Source: Verrucomicrobiota bacterium (GTDB lineage: Bacteria; Verrucomicrobiota; Verrucomicrobiia; Limisphaerales; CANJXF01). Taken from it: a stretch of DNA of 64,000 nt. Position numbers and translations under genes: made by a program. Where the stretch lies: assembly GCA_038214755.1 (NCBI GenBank), contig JBBQRQ010000013.1, forward strand, positions 1-64,000, read 5' to 3'. The notes under the pieces are model-generated. The model had not been told where the DNA came from. It did not search any database and saw nothing but the letters and a program-made list of their open reading frames with translations. Of the stretch, positions 9,251-20,500 are shown piece by piece; within the stretch, counting starts at the first letter, position 1; every line of letters begins with the position of its first letter.

Positions 9251-9532
9251 ATGCCAAAAGCAACTACTAAAACTAAACGCAAACCAAACGCGGCTTTTAT
9301 GAAACCGGTCCAACCGGATGACAAGCTCGCCGCCGTCGTCGGCTCCAAGCCGCTGCCTCGCACCGAACTCACCAAAAAACTCTGGGAATACATTCGCAAG
9401 AATGGATTACAGGACAAAAAGAAACGCACCATGATCAATGCGGACGCTGCGCTCAAAGCTGTTTTCAACGGCAAGGGCACCGTCAGCATGTTCGAAATGA
9501 CCAAGCTCGTTTCCGGTCACGTCAATAAATAA
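9251..9532 (+). CDS. SWIB/MDM2 domain protein
   Basis: LAAVVG..PLPRTELTKKLWEYIRKNGLQD...INADAALK.VF...VSMFEM. Confidence 0.9.
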   Translation: MPKATTKTKRKPNAAFMKPVQPDDKLAAVVGSKPLPRTELTKKLWEYIRKNGLQDKKKRTMINADAALKAVFNGKGTVSMFEMTKLVSGHVNK

Positions 9533-9634
9533 TCGGATCGGTTCTTCACACCGACACCAGAATTGCGTTGGCAATTCTGGTGTCTTTTTATTCCTTCTGC
9601 GCTAAATTCTGCGCCACAGTGTCAACTCCGTTTT

Positions 9635-9711
9635 GCATCGGTAGCTCAATTGGATAGAGCTTCTGACTTCGGATCAGAAGGTTGGGGGTTCGAGTCCCTC
9701 CCGATGCACCA
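9635..9711 (+). tRNA. tRNA-Arg, anticodon UCG
   Basis: GCATCGG/CCGATGC acceptor stem, D arm, TCTGA-CTTCGGA-TCAGA anticodon arm, GGTTCGAGTCC T arm, encoded CCA; 77 nt. Confidence 0.96.
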
Positions 9712-10122
9712 TTTTCCCTTTCAGAAAACCGCATATTTCTCTGCGGCAATTTTTTCTTGGCTACCGCGCCACGGACTCGAGGGCGAACTGGGCAACGGAA
9801 CTGACCGTAAATTTGTTCGCGCCAAAGTGCTGCGCGCGGGAAAGCGAGATAAAGTCGTCGTCGAACCAATCGGCCATTTTCAGCTTGCCGCATCTGGTAA
9901 TCCCGCAAAAAGTGCGCCCGACAATTCCATGAATATCGTTGGGTTCATTTTCTTAATCGCGTGGCTGGGCGCAATGGGCGGTTTGGCCAGTTGTTTTCGA
10001 GTGGCGGAAAAATTCTGACGCTTCTGGCCCAGAAGGAAGCGGACAAAGTGGCGAAAGATGAATTGGCCAGCGTCTCGAAAAAATTATCTGCTAAAACCAA
10101 AAAATAAGTGTAAGGTGCATCC

Positions 10123-10308
10123 ATGACCGAGCTTCAAGAAACGCAAAAACAGTTGGACGAGGTGCTGGATCGGATTCCGATAACCGGCTCGTTTGAATCG
10201 GCGCGGCTCGCCAAGCAGGCTTCCAAGCTTGCAGATAAAATCGTCGAGCTTTGCGCGGATGGTAACGCTCCTTACAACCGCGAACTTCAATTGGTTGCTC
10301 AGAAATAG
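10123..10308 (+). CDS. Small ORF, possibly the frameshifted N-terminus of the downstream AAA ATPase
   Basis: Coding-like composition; same frame as ORF at 10396. Confidence 0.4.
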   Translation: MTELQETQKQLDEVLDRIPITGSFESARLAKQASKLADKIVELCADGNAPYNRELQLVAQK

Positions 10309-10395
10309 CCCGTATCATGTTTGGGGGATTGTGGCCGCTTCTGCTCCACCAAAATGGATCGGCCGTTACTGATCTAATTTTTCCAACCGACTGCG

Positions 10396-12333
10396 ATGAA
10401 AAATTTGGTTCAGGATTTTTCCACTCATCCGTTTTTGTCCGGCGGCGTCCTGGCTTCCATCATCGGCGACGCGCAAATCCGAAAACTCCAGCCGCTCGAT
10501 ATTGATTCGATCCTGACGTTCAATAAACGGAGCACGACGGAAATCGTCCGCCATTTTCAAAACGGCGCGATGCTCGACGAAGCGCAGGCCGCGAAAATTT
10601 TAAATTCCGATGCGCAATTCGTTCAGGCTTTCAAACTCCTTTCCGTGAATCTTCCGGAGGTCGCAGAAGTCGCGGGCTGCGATCTGGATGCCGCCACACG
10701 ACTCGCCCGCGCTTTGTTCAGCGCGCGATTGATGTCGGACTATTTGGAAATTTTGACATCGCCGGAACTTTCCTACGAAAAGACCGCGACCGGCACGACG
10801 GATTTGCTGGAGGCGCTGTTCGATTCCTTTCGCCAGATTGTCGGAGGCGCTTGGTCGGAATTTTTCCCGCGCAACAATTTTGATTTGCTGGCTGACGCCT
10901 CCGCCCAATTTTGGATGGCATGTCTTTACAGCAATCGCCCCAGCGATATGGCGAATGAATTCGTCGGCATTTATCGTCGGCCATTTCGCGACCGTCTCCT
11001 CGCGCTGAATCAGAATCACAAAGCGGACCGTCGCTTGCAGATCAAGGACGCCGTCACCGACTACATCGACAACGCGAAGGAAAAATTTTCAAAACTTCAT
11101 GACGTGGTGGACAAACAGGTGAGCGTTGGACTGGATCAGGCGTTTCGGGAAATCGTGCGCATCATCACGAAACTCGAACTGCCACCGCTCGTGGTTTTTT
11201 ATTACCAATTTCTAACCGAGGAAATTTGCGGAGCGTTTTCGCGAATGGATTCCACCATCTCGTCGAAGGAAAATCGCTTCAATCAATATTTGCTGCGGCA
11301 AATCGCGACGATCGTGGATGAATACGCCGGGGCCAATGATTCTTCCCACGCGCAGGAAAATCTGGAGGAAGTTTTAGGGGAGTTGGAGGAACTCATCGGC
11401 ATCAACGAGGTCAAAGAAAAAGTCCGGCAGACCGCGAACTTCGCGAAAATTCAACAGCTTCGTTTCACGCAAGGTTTAAGAAAAATCCCGACGAGTTATC
11501 ACTCCGTTTACACCGGCAATCCCGGCACAGGCAAAACCACCGTGGCGCGATTGATGGGGCGGATTTTCAAATTGCTCGGCGTCTTGAAAAAGGGGCACGT
11601 GGTCGAGTGTGATCGCTCGGCGCTCGTGGCGGAATACGTCGGACAAACCGCAGTGAAAACCAACGCGGTGATTGATTCCGCGCTCGACGGAATTTTGTTC
11701 ATCGACGAAGCCTACAGTCTGGATAAAGGCGAAAAAGATTTCGGCCCTGAAGCCATCGAGACGTTGTTGAAACGGATGGAGGACAATCGTGATCGGCTCA
11801 TCGTGATCGTCGCGGGCTATCCCGATTTGATGGAAAAATTTATCGGGTCCAATCCGGGATTGCACTCGCGCTTCACGCGCTTCATCGAGTTTCCCGATTA
11901 CCCGCCGCTCCAGCTTTGCCAAATCTTCGGATCGATGTGCCGGAAAAATGGGTTGGTCATTGCGCCCGATTTGAAAGAGCGACTGATCCATCATTTTTAT
12001 TTTTTGCACAACGAGCGCTCGGAAAATTTCGGCAACGCCCGGCTGGTGCGAAACACTTTTGAAAACGTCATCACCGCGCAAGCCTCCCGCCTTGCCGCGC
12101 TCGCGCAAATTGATCCAAAAACTTTGGCGACGTTGGAATCGAGCGATTTGATTTCACCTTCCGATGCGGCTCGGGAAAAGTTTTTGCGCGGGAAAGGGAA
12201 TTACGTCGTCCCCTGCCCGAACTGCGGAAAAATTTATAGTTGGAGCAAAGACCTGGAAATCCACCTGGCCGAATGCGCGCAGTGCAAAAAAATCTACGAT
12301 TGCGAGTTTGGGCAATTGGTCGCGTCTCAGTGA
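10396..12333 (+). CDS. CbxX/CfxQ/SpoVK/EccA-type AAA+ ATPase with unknown helical N-terminus and C-terminal zinc ribbon
   Basis: LIGINEVK, GNPGTGKTTVAR Walker A, LFIDEAY Walker B, NPGLHSRF, FGNARLVRN; CPNC...CAQC at end. Confidence 0.88.
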   Translation: MKNLVQDFSTHPFLSGGVLASIIGDAQIRKLQPLDIDSILTFNKRSTTEIVRHFQNGAMLDEAQAAKILNSDAQFVQAFKLLSVNLPEVAEVAGCDLDAATRLARALFSARLMSDYLEILTSPELSYEKTATGTTDLLEALFDSFRQIVGGAWSEFFPRNNFDLLADASAQFWMACLYSNRPSDMANEFVGIYRRPFRDRLLALNQNHKADRRLQIKDAVTDYIDNAKEKFSKLHDVVDKQVSVGLDQAFREIVRIITKLELPPLVVFYYQFLTEEICGAFSRMDSTISSKENRFNQYLLRQIATIVDEYAGANDSSHAQENLEEVLGELEELIGINEVKEKVRQTANFAKIQQLRFTQGLRKIPTSYHSVYTGNPGTGKTTVARLMGRIFKLLGVLKKGHVVECDRSALVAEYVGQTAVKTNAVIDSALDGILFIDEAYSLDKGEKDFGPEAIETLLKRMEDNRDRLIVIVAGYPDLMEKFIGSNPGLHSRFTRFIEFPDYPPLQLCQIFGSMCRKNGLVIAPDLKERLIHHFYFLHNERSENFGNARLVRNTFENVITAQASRLAALAQIDPKTLATLESSDLISPSDAAREKFLRGKGNYVVPCPNCGKIYSWSKDLEIHLAECAQCKKIYDCEFGQLVASQ

Positions 12334-12430
12334 AATACTTCCGTTTCCTCGGCCCGCAAAACATTCTTTACCCCTGATGCGCGCCAATCGTATCGACAGT
12401 TTGTCGGAACGGAGTAAACTTCGTGGTGCC

Positions 12431-15265
12431 ATGAAAGGTTTTGTTCGCATCGCAATTTTTGGTTTCGCCACGATCATTTTGTCGCAGATCAGCGACGCTG
12501 CCGATACAAACCTCCATGCGACAAACCACTGGGCTTTCAAATCTCCTGTTTATCCAAAAATTCCCGGAACCAAAAATAAAAATTGGGTTCGTAACCCCAT
12601 CGACAATTTTATTCTTGAGAAACTCGAACGCGAAAAACTTTTGCCTTCGCCGTCGGCGGATAAAATCACTTTGCTGCGCCGGCTCTCGCTCGATTTAATC
12701 GGCTTGCCGCCGACGATTGCCGAAGTGGATTCGTTTCTCACCGACAAATCTCCAGACGCGTATCAAAAACAAGTCGAGCGTTTGCTCGCCTCGCCGCATT
12801 ACGGCGAGCGCTGGGGCCGCAACTGGCTCGACGCCGCGCGTTACGCCGACTCCGACGGTTTTGAAAAAGATAAATCGCGCGCGGTTTGGCCGTACCGTGA
12901 TTACGTCATTAACGCGTTCAATAAAGATTTGCCCTACGACCAATTTGTCATCGAACAAATCGCCGGCGACGAACTTCCTAACGCGACGCAGGAACAAATT
13001 GTTGCCACCGGATTTTTGCGCAATTCGATGTTGAACGAAGAAGGCGGCGTCGATCCCGAACAGTTTCGCATGGACGCGATGTTTGATCGCATGGAAGCCA
13101 TCGGCAAAGGCGTGCTCGGCCTGACGATTCAGTGCGCGCAATGTCATAACCACAAATTCGATCCGCTGACGCAGGAGGAATATTACAAAATGTTCGCGTT
13201 CCTGAACAACGATCACGAAGCGTCGCGCGTCGCTTATTTGCCGAGTGACCTGATGAAGATTGATGAATTGCGTCGCGGCATTTCTGAAATCGAAAATGAT
13301 TTGAAACATCGCTCGACCGATTGGCAGGAAAAAATGGCGCAATGGGAAGCAGCGATGAAAACGAACCAACCGGCGTGGCAAGTCGTCGTCGTGACGAACA
13401 TCGGGGACAACGGCGAACGCTTTTACCAATACGCCGACGGCTCGATTCGCGCGGCCAGTTACGCTCCGACAAAATGGACGGCGCAATTTCGCGGGACAAA
13501 TAATCTGCCGGGCATCGGAGCGTTTCGTCTCGAACAATTCACCGATCCAAATCTTCCGTGCAACGGGCCGGGGCGTTCGTTGAAAGGAATGTCGGCACTG
13601 ACGGAATTTAATGTCGAAGCGATTGACGCAAATAATCCCACGAACAAAGTCGAAGTAAAATTCGTGAAAGCGACGGCGGATTTTTCCAACGCGGAAAAAG
13701 AGTTGGAAGCCGAGTTCGATGACAAGTCCGGCAAGAAAAGAATTTATGGGCCGGTGGATTTCGCCATCGACGGAAAAGGAGAAACCGCTTGGGGGATCGA
13801 CGCCGGGCTAGGCCGGAGAAACCAGGCGCGCAAAGCGGTTTTCCTCCCGGACAAACCCATTGCGTTCACGAACGGGACGACTCTCGTTTTCAAGCTGCAA
13901 CAAAATCACGGCGGCTGGAATTCCGACGACAATCAAAATCATAACCTCGGCAGATTTCGTTTGAGCGTGACGAGCGAAACAAATGCGGTGGCCGATCCAT
14001 CGCCCGCAACCGTCCGTGAAATTTTTGAAATTCCCTCTGAGAAACGCTCTCCCGCGCAAGTCGCCGCCCTGTTCAGTTATTGGCGAACGACCGTCGCCGA
14101 TGGGAAAGAGGCGAATGAAAAAATTGAAGTGCTGTGGAAACAATGGCCGGAGGGAACGGCGACGTTGGCGTTGGTCGCGCGAAACAACAGCGGCGTTGGA
14201 GACGAGAAGCGGGCGACAAAAATGTTGAAGCGCGGCGATTGGCTCAATCCGACAAGCGAAGTCGCAGCAGGCACGCCGGCTTTTCTCCACTCGCTCCCAA
14301 AAAACTCAGATGATTCGCGGCTCACTTTTGCGAAATGGCTCGTCGAAAAAAAATCGCCGACGACCGCGCGCGCTTTGGTCAATCGCGTCTGGCAAACTTA
14401 TTTTGGCATCGGCCTGTTGGATACGCCGGAAGATTTTGGCATGCGCGCCGAAAAACCGTCGCATCCAGAGTTACTCGATTGGCTCGCCGTCGAATTGATG
14501 GATTCGGGTTGGAGTTTGAAAAAAATTCATAGGCGGATCGTCAGTTCCGCGACCTACCAACAATCCTCCAAAGTGACCCCGCAACTCTTCGCGCGCGATC
14601 AATACAACCGATTGCTGGCGCGCGGGCCAAGATTTCGCGTCGAAGGAGAAATCGTGCGCGACATCGCGTTGGCTTCGAGTGGATTGCTCAATGACAAAGT
14701 TGGCGGGCCGAGCGTATTTTCGCCTGCGCCAGAATTTCTTTTCAAGCCGCCCGCGAGCTACGGCCCATTCACGTGGACGGAAGCGACTGGCCCGGACCGT
14801 TACCGCCGCGCGCTCTACACCTTTCGCCGTCGCTCCACACCGTATCCGATGTTGCAAGTGTTCGACGCGCCGAATGGAGATTCGTCGTGCATTCGCCGAA
14901 TGCGTTCCAACACGCCGTTGCAAGCGCTGACGACGCTGAACGAAATTGTGGCGATGGAGTGCGCGCAATCGCTTGCGCAAAAAATTGTGGCAGAAGGTGG
15001 CAAAACTGATGCAGCGAAAATCGAATACGCGTTCCGGCGCACGCTCGCTCGAAAACCCACCAGCCGTGAAACGACTGAACTTCTAAAACTGATCCAGAAA
15101 CAGAAAAGACGCATTGCCGACGGTTGGATCAATCCTTTGGAGATCGCGACGGGAAAAAATGAGAAGCCAAATTTACCGGAAGGAGCAACGCCGACTCAAC
15201 TAGCCGCTTACACGGTGGTGGCGCGTGTGCTGTTGAACCTTGATGAGACGATCACGAAGGAATAA
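12431..15265 (+). CDS. DUF1549/DUF1553 (PSD1-type) planctomycete/verrucomicrobial protein
   Basis: HWAF, NPIDNFI, LRRLSLDLIGLPP, YGERWGR.WLD.ARYADSDG, CAQCHNHKFDP, HPELLDWLA, NTPLQAL, LLNLDETITKE. Confidence 0.92.
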   Translation: MKGFVRIAIFGFATIILSQISDAADTNLHATNHWAFKSPVYPKIPGTKNKNWVRNPIDNFILEKLEREKLLPSPSADKITLLRRLSLDLIGLPPTIAEVDSFLTDKSPDAYQKQVERLLASPHYGERWGRNWLDAARYADSDGFEKDKSRAVWPYRDYVINAFNKDLPYDQFVIEQIAGDELPNATQEQIVATGFLRNSMLNEEGGVDPEQFRMDAMFDRMEAIGKGVLGLTIQCAQCHNHKFDPLTQEEYYKMFAFLNNDHEASRVAYLPSDLMKIDELRRGISEIENDLKHRSTDWQEKMAQWEAAMKTNQPAWQVVVVTNIGDNGERFYQYADGSIRAASYAPTKWTAQFRGTNNLPGIGAFRLEQFTDPNLPCNGPGRSLKGMSALTEFNVEAIDANNPTNKVEVKFVKATADFSNAEKELEAEFDDKSGKKRIYGPVDFAIDGKGETAWGIDAGLGRRNQARKAVFLPDKPIAFTNGTTLVFKLQQNHGGWNSDDNQNHNLGRFRLSVTSETNAVADPSPATVREIFEIPSEKRSPAQVAALFSYWRTTVADGKEANEKIEVLWKQWPEGTATLALVARNNSGVGDEKRATKMLKRGDWLNPTSEVAAGTPAFLHSLPKNSDDSRLTFAKWLVEKKSPTTARALVNRVWQTYFGIGLLDTPEDFGMRAEKPSHPELLDWLAVELMDSGWSLKKIHRRIVSSATYQQSSKVTPQLFARDQYNRLLARGPRFRVEGEIVRDIALASSGLLNDKVGGPSVFSPAPEFLFKPPASYGPFTWTEATGPDRYRRALYTFRRRSTPYPMLQVFDAPNGDSSCIRRMRSNTPLQALTTLNEIVAMECAQSLAQKIVAEGGKTDAAKIEYAFRRTLARKPTSRETTELLKLIQKQKRRIADGWINPLEIATGKNEKPNLPEGATPTQLAAYTVVARVLLNLDETITKE

Positions 15266-15301
15266 TTAACCAGTGCTTCTCTCACGCTGGCTTCGCTCTG
15301 G

Positions 15302-16288
15302 TCAATGCAGCTTTAGCTTGAACAAAAGAATTTGATTTGTCGCTGAGACCGTCTGACAGATTTCATTTCCTATGACTGACTTTGGCCCGCTCGCGACATT
15401 CCATGGACCGGCGATATTTCCCGCCCCATTCAAAACAGCATTGGTAAATTCGAGTGACCAATACACCTGAACGAATGAACCATTTGGCGCGATTCTAATC
15501 GGTGGCTTGAAGATAAGCTCAATCCACTCGGGATGGTCGATGAATGGATTCCGGTTGTGCTGATACATTTGAAAAATCCGGTCGTTGCGCAATCGCTCGG
15601 CGTCATCAATCGGATCTTGTTCGTTCCAAAGCAGCAAAGTGCTCAATCGCCCCATTAAGTTTGTCGCGCTACTCACGCCCGTTGTAATGTCTTTGAGGAT
15701 CAAATCCTGTTCATTCGTTCTATCCCCCTCATAGCGGACATCCATGTAAAAAAGAGATCGCGCGATATCGCCCTTGACTAGATCGGGTGGTTCCCACGAA
15801 TCGGTATCCGTCGAAGTCAACGGCGCTTCAGCATGACCCGGTTTTTTGTAACCCGGAGAGTTGGTATCGCTGATGTCGTAAAACTTGTTGCCGCGCGCGC
15901 TGTTTACGTTGGCATCTTCAGCCCGCAGATTAAACAAGTCAGTGTAGGATGGGCGGATGTCATCCAGGCCGTATGAATCGGGCCATTGATGTTCGCGGTT
16001 CCAACCTGTGGTCGTGCCAAAGTTTGTCTTGGGCTCGGAACGCTGTTCGTAAAGCAGGATGACGCTGTTCGTATTGGCAGGGTCTTCATCCAATCGTTTT
16101 AACGCCTCCTCGGTATTGTTTGTTCCGCTGCTGCTGTAAGGAAGGTTGGTGTGATCGTTGATAATTTCGTGCAACGCGCTTCGGAGTTCCGGGCCTTTCT
16201 TGCCAATCGCAGAATCGTAATAGCCAATCGGTGGAGCGCCTGAAGCTGAAAGCACCGAGCCTATCAGAAATATAAAAAATGATTTCAA
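15302..16288 (-). CDS. Secreted endonuclease I / extracellular ribonuclease-family nuclease
   Basis: WNREHQWP, TDLFNLR, NSARGN, KGDIARSLFYMDVRY, QHNRNPFIDHPEW. Confidence 0.88.
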   Translation of the reverse strand: MKSFFIFLIGSVLSASGAPPIGYYDSAIGKKGPELRSALHEIINDHTNLPYSSSGTNNTEEALKRLDEDPANTNSVILLYEQRSEPKTNFGTTTGWNREHQWPDSYGLDDIRPSYTDLFNLRAEDANVNSARGNKFYDISDTNSPGYKKPGHAEAPLTSTDTDSWEPPDLVKGDIARSLFYMDVRYEGDRTNEQDLILKDITTGVSSATNLMGRLSTLLLWNEQDPIDDAERLRNDRIFQMYQHNRNPFIDHPEWIELIFKPPIRIAPNGSFVQVYWSLEFTNAVLNGAGNIAGPWNVASGPKSVIGNEICQTVSATNQILLFKLKLH

Positions 16289-16406
16289 TGAACGGACATC
16301 ATAGCATATCCGACGCTTGAAACGAGCGGTGTTTTTCGCAGGAGATCTCCACGCAAATAAAGACGTTGTCAGGGAGAGATTCGATGATCCATCGCTGGGA
16401 GTGAAA

Positions 16407-17399
16407 TTATTTGCTCATTAAACCCAACTCGGTCGCCATCGCTTTTTCTTCTTTCAACTCATTCACCGTCGCATCGATTTTTGATTGGCTGAATTCGTTG
16501 ATGGACAAGCCTTGAACAATTTCGAGTTTCTCTCCATCGCTGCGAATTGGGAACGAGCAAATAATATCTCGTTCGATTCCGTAACTACCATCGGAGCAAA
16601 CACACACGCTGTGCCAGTCGCCAGCATTCGTCGGCGTCGCGATGGATTTCACACTGTCAATCACGGCGTTGGCGGCACTGGCTGCGCTGCCCGCGCCGCG
16701 CGCTTTCAAAACCGAGGTCCCGCGTTGCGCCACCGTTGTAACAAAATCATTCTTCAACCAATTCTCATCCTTGATTACTTCGGTCGCTGGCTTCCCGCCA
16801 ATCTTCGCGTTGTAAAAATCCGGGAACATCGTTGGGCTGTGATTTCCCCAAACCGCCAAATTTGAGACTGCTGAAATGTCAACCCCCGCTTTTCTTGCGA
16901 GTTGAGTTTTGGCGCGGTTTTCGTCGAGGCGCGTCATGGCGAACCAGCGATCGCGGGAAATCTCCGGCGCGTTGTTCATCGCGATGAGGCAATTCGTGTT
17001 GCACGGATTTCCCACGACGAGAATCCGAATGTTTTTCGCCGCGTTTTTCTGAATCGCTTTGGCCTGTCCGACGAAAATGTTGCCATTGATTTTCAACAAA
17101 TCTTTTCGCTCCATGCCCGGCTTGCGCGACACGCTGCCGACGAGCAACGCCCAATTCACGTCTTTAAAACCTTCATCAAGATTTGCCGTCGCGACCAAAC
17201 CCTTCAACAGCGGCGACGCGCAATCTTCCAGTTCCATCACGACTCCCTGCAAAACGGCCAACGCCTGCTCGATATCGACAAGGTGAATGATGACAGGTTG
17301 GTCCGGCCCGAAAACTTCACCCGACGCGATGCGGAACAAAAGTGAGTAACCAATGGCGCCCGCCGCACCCGTGACCGCGATACGAATTGGATTGTTCAT
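16407..17399 (-). CDS. mdh: Malate dehydrogenase
   Basis: [43 protein letters not shown]. Confidence 0.96.
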   Translation of the reverse strand: MNNPIRIAVTGAAGAIGYSLLFRIASGEVFGPDQPVIIHLVDIEQALAVLQGVVMELEDCASPLLKGLVATANLDEGFKDVNWALLVGSVSRKPGMERKDLLKINGNIFVGQAKAIQKNAAKNIRILVVGNPCNTNCLIAMNNAPEISRDRWFAMTRLDENRAKTQLARKAGVDISAVSNLAVWGNHSPTMFPDFYNAKIGGKPATEVIKDENWLKNDFVTTVAQRGTSVLKARGAGSAASAANAVIDSVKSIATPTNAGDWHSVCVCSDGSYGIERDIICSFPIRSDGEKLEIVQGLSINEFSQSKIDATVNELKEEKAMATELGLMSK

Positions 17400-17580
17400 A
17401 AAATTTTAGAGCGCGAAGTATGCGAGTCCGTTTTCAGCGTTCGCAAGTGGAATGTCGCGGCGAACGCTTCAGCATCTTGCAGACAAGTTTATGTTGCATA
17501 TTCAACATGAACTTGTCCAATGGGGATCGAACACGCCCGAGTCATCCACAAAAGTTGAATCACGAAATCGCCGTTCGCTC

Positions 17581-20500
17581 TCAGTGCTCCACGATTCGAT
17601 AAAAGCGTTTCGGAAAATTCACCGTGTTCGTGTCGTTGAACAGCAGCGACCCGTTGGTCAGGGCGGGCGCGATGGGTAACGCAATCCAATCGGTGAGATC
17701 GGTGCTGGCCTGGATTCCAAACGCGGCGAGGTCTTCGGGCAAAAGTGTTCCGCCATCAACATCGCGTGAAAGAAGAAACACGCTGCCATCCGCGAGATGC
17801 TGAAGTGGATTCAACTGTTGCGGGACGAGCACTTTCAAAATGGCGTTGCTGCTCGTGACGCTCCCTCCGGCATTGGAAACTTTCAGCGCATACGTCGCGG
17901 AGTCCCGCCTCGAGACGCTCGTCAAAGTGAGATATTGATTCGTCGCTCCGATTAGATTGGTGCCATTTTTCAACCATTGATAGTTCAACGGCGGAGCGCC
18001 CTCGGCAAAGGCCGGGATCGTCACATTTGCACCGAGCGAAACGGTTTGATTGAAAGGATGGCGAATGATCGTGGGCGAGAAGCTCACTTCGTCAACCCAC
18101 CCCGCGTCACGGCCGCTGCTGACGGTGGCGTCCTTGGCGTAAGTCCAGTGTAAGACATGCGAGCCGGATGAGATCGAAACGGTTTTTTGTTCCCACTCCG
18201 TTTCTCCTGATATACCGGCAAAAGGATTTTGATTATCTACCGTCAACCGAAGAAAATCGTAGCCCGCCTCAGAAGAAACTTTCCACCAAAAAGTCAATGT
18301 TCCCGGACCATTCACCATCGTGGTCAAAACGGATTGTTGGTTGTTGGAAATCGCACCGCTTTGCGCGGCCGCGTCGCCATCATGGGTCTGGCGGATTTGC
18401 GCGAACCACACTCCCGTCGTTTTGCTCGTCCCGCCCGCTGGGTTCAGCCAGGAAAAAGTATCCCAGATAAGATTGGTCGCATTGAGCGCCGCCGGGAGAT
18501 TCGTGCTGAACGGAATCGCGATTTGCGCCGTCATGCTGAAAACCGAGCCGAGCGCGTTGGACGCCAGCATCCGATAAGCGCCGGTGTCCTTCCCCTGAAA
18601 ATTCGTGATGATTAAAGACCCATTCGTCGCGCCGGGAATATTCACAGTGTCCAATTGCCATTGATAGGCGATGGGCTGGATGCCCGCCGCGCGCGAATGA
18701 AGTTGAACCGCATCACCCTTTTTCACGATTTGACTGACAGGCTGAATCGTGATGGCTGGCGCGCCATCGCCAATCAACGCGACGCCAAAATCTGTTTGCA
18801 CACCGCCCACATCAATCGCCGTGACGTTGCTCAAGACCGGAAGAGGAGTTTTACCAAAGGCTCCTGAGGAAACTAAAGTGCCATCGTTTTTCAACACCAG
18901 TCCCACAGTATTGTTGGCGGCGATGGCAATCACGTTGGACAAATTGGTGGACAACAGAATTCTGCCGGTGGAGTTCCAAATCGTTCCATCTTGTCTTAAC
19001 GCCAGAATGCCTGAAGAACCGCCCGCAATCGCGATGGCATTTGACAGTCCCGTCACATTGGTCAACGTGAGAAAAGTCGCCCATGTCACAACGGTGCCGT
19101 CTCGTTTGAGCGCAAAGCTCGCGCCATTTGCGGAAGTTGTCGCGGTGATGGCAACCACGTTCGATAAATTTGAGGGAACTATTCCATACGTTCCCCATCC
19201 GGCCACCGAACCATCGCTCTTGATCGCGAATCCACGACCCGGACCCGCTGCAATCGCCACCACATTGGATAAACCCGCAGGCACATTGGTTTGCCCGGAA
19301 GCATTTCCTCCCCACGCAATGACGGTTCCATTGGAACGCAACGCGAGGTTGTGATCCGGCCCGGCCGAAATCGCAATGATGTTCGTCGCACCGGCAGGAA
19401 CATTCGTGACCGCAGCCGAACCAAAAATATAGTTCGCGTTCGCCAGCCACACCTTGACCGTCCCATCCGATTTCAATGCCGTGATATGCGACCCGCCCGC
19501 CGCGATGGCGACGACGTTACTCAATCCAAAGGGGAAGTTGGTGTTGCCCGTGAATGGATCTCCGAACGCCACTACCTGGCTCACGTTCAGAAATATTTTA
19601 GCGCTGTTCGTTTCGCCGAACGAATTAGAAACCGTGACCGAATAAAATCCGATCTGGTCATATCGAAAGTTGGACAAAGTCAGTGTCGCGTTGGTCCGGG
19701 CAGGAATTTCCGCGCCATTGAACCTCCATTGATAACTCAACGGCAGGGAGCCTCTCGCGCCGACATTGAGGGTCACGCTTCCACCAATGGGAACGACGGG
19801 ATTGGTCACGATACTTTGATCAGACTGGCGAACATAGGGCTGCTGCACGAAGTAGGGCGCGGCATTGGTTACGGTGAGATGGAGGTCGGCTTGAACGTCG
19901 CCATAGGGATTAGTCACCCGCAGAAAATAAGTGCCGGAATCACCGGGTTGAACATTCAGGAGAGTGATTGAACTAGATGTTTTACCAGGAAGATTTGTTC
20001 CATTGAAGAACCATTGGAAGTTGAGCGGCGGTGTGCCATCGGCGAATACGGCGAACGTCAAATCCGTTCCCGCCGCTACCGTGCGATCAGGCGATTGCGA
20101 CGTGATGGAGGGAGGGCTGATGACGGTGAGAACCGCGCCAGCACTGGTCACGGAACCAAACGCGTTGCTGACCACCACGGTGTAAGCGCCGATGTCCGCG
20201 AACTGCGCGTTGGAAATACTCAACGAAGCACTGGTCGCGCCGGAAATCCGCGCCGCGTCGTTCACCGGATTGCCATTCAAAAACCATCGATAAACCAATG
20301 GCTCCAATCCACGCGCTCTAACGGACAAGAGGATGTTTGATCGATACGGAATATCCCTGCTCGCCGGTTGTTGAAGGATTTCCGGGGGGCCATCGAAAAC
20401 CAGCGCGAGACTGTGACCCTCGCCCGCCGCGATGGCTTTGACGTTCGTCAGTCCAGGCGGCACAACGGTTTGGCCGTAGTCTGGAATCCCGTTATGCCCT

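Noticed and set aside
9563..10018. 151-aa ORF on + strand and the overlapping minus-strand ORF
   Set aside because: They overlap the tRNA gene and have no recognisable motifs
9635..12400. tRNA-anchored genomic island
   Set aside because: No integrase, and I saw no duplicated tRNA 3' end in the window
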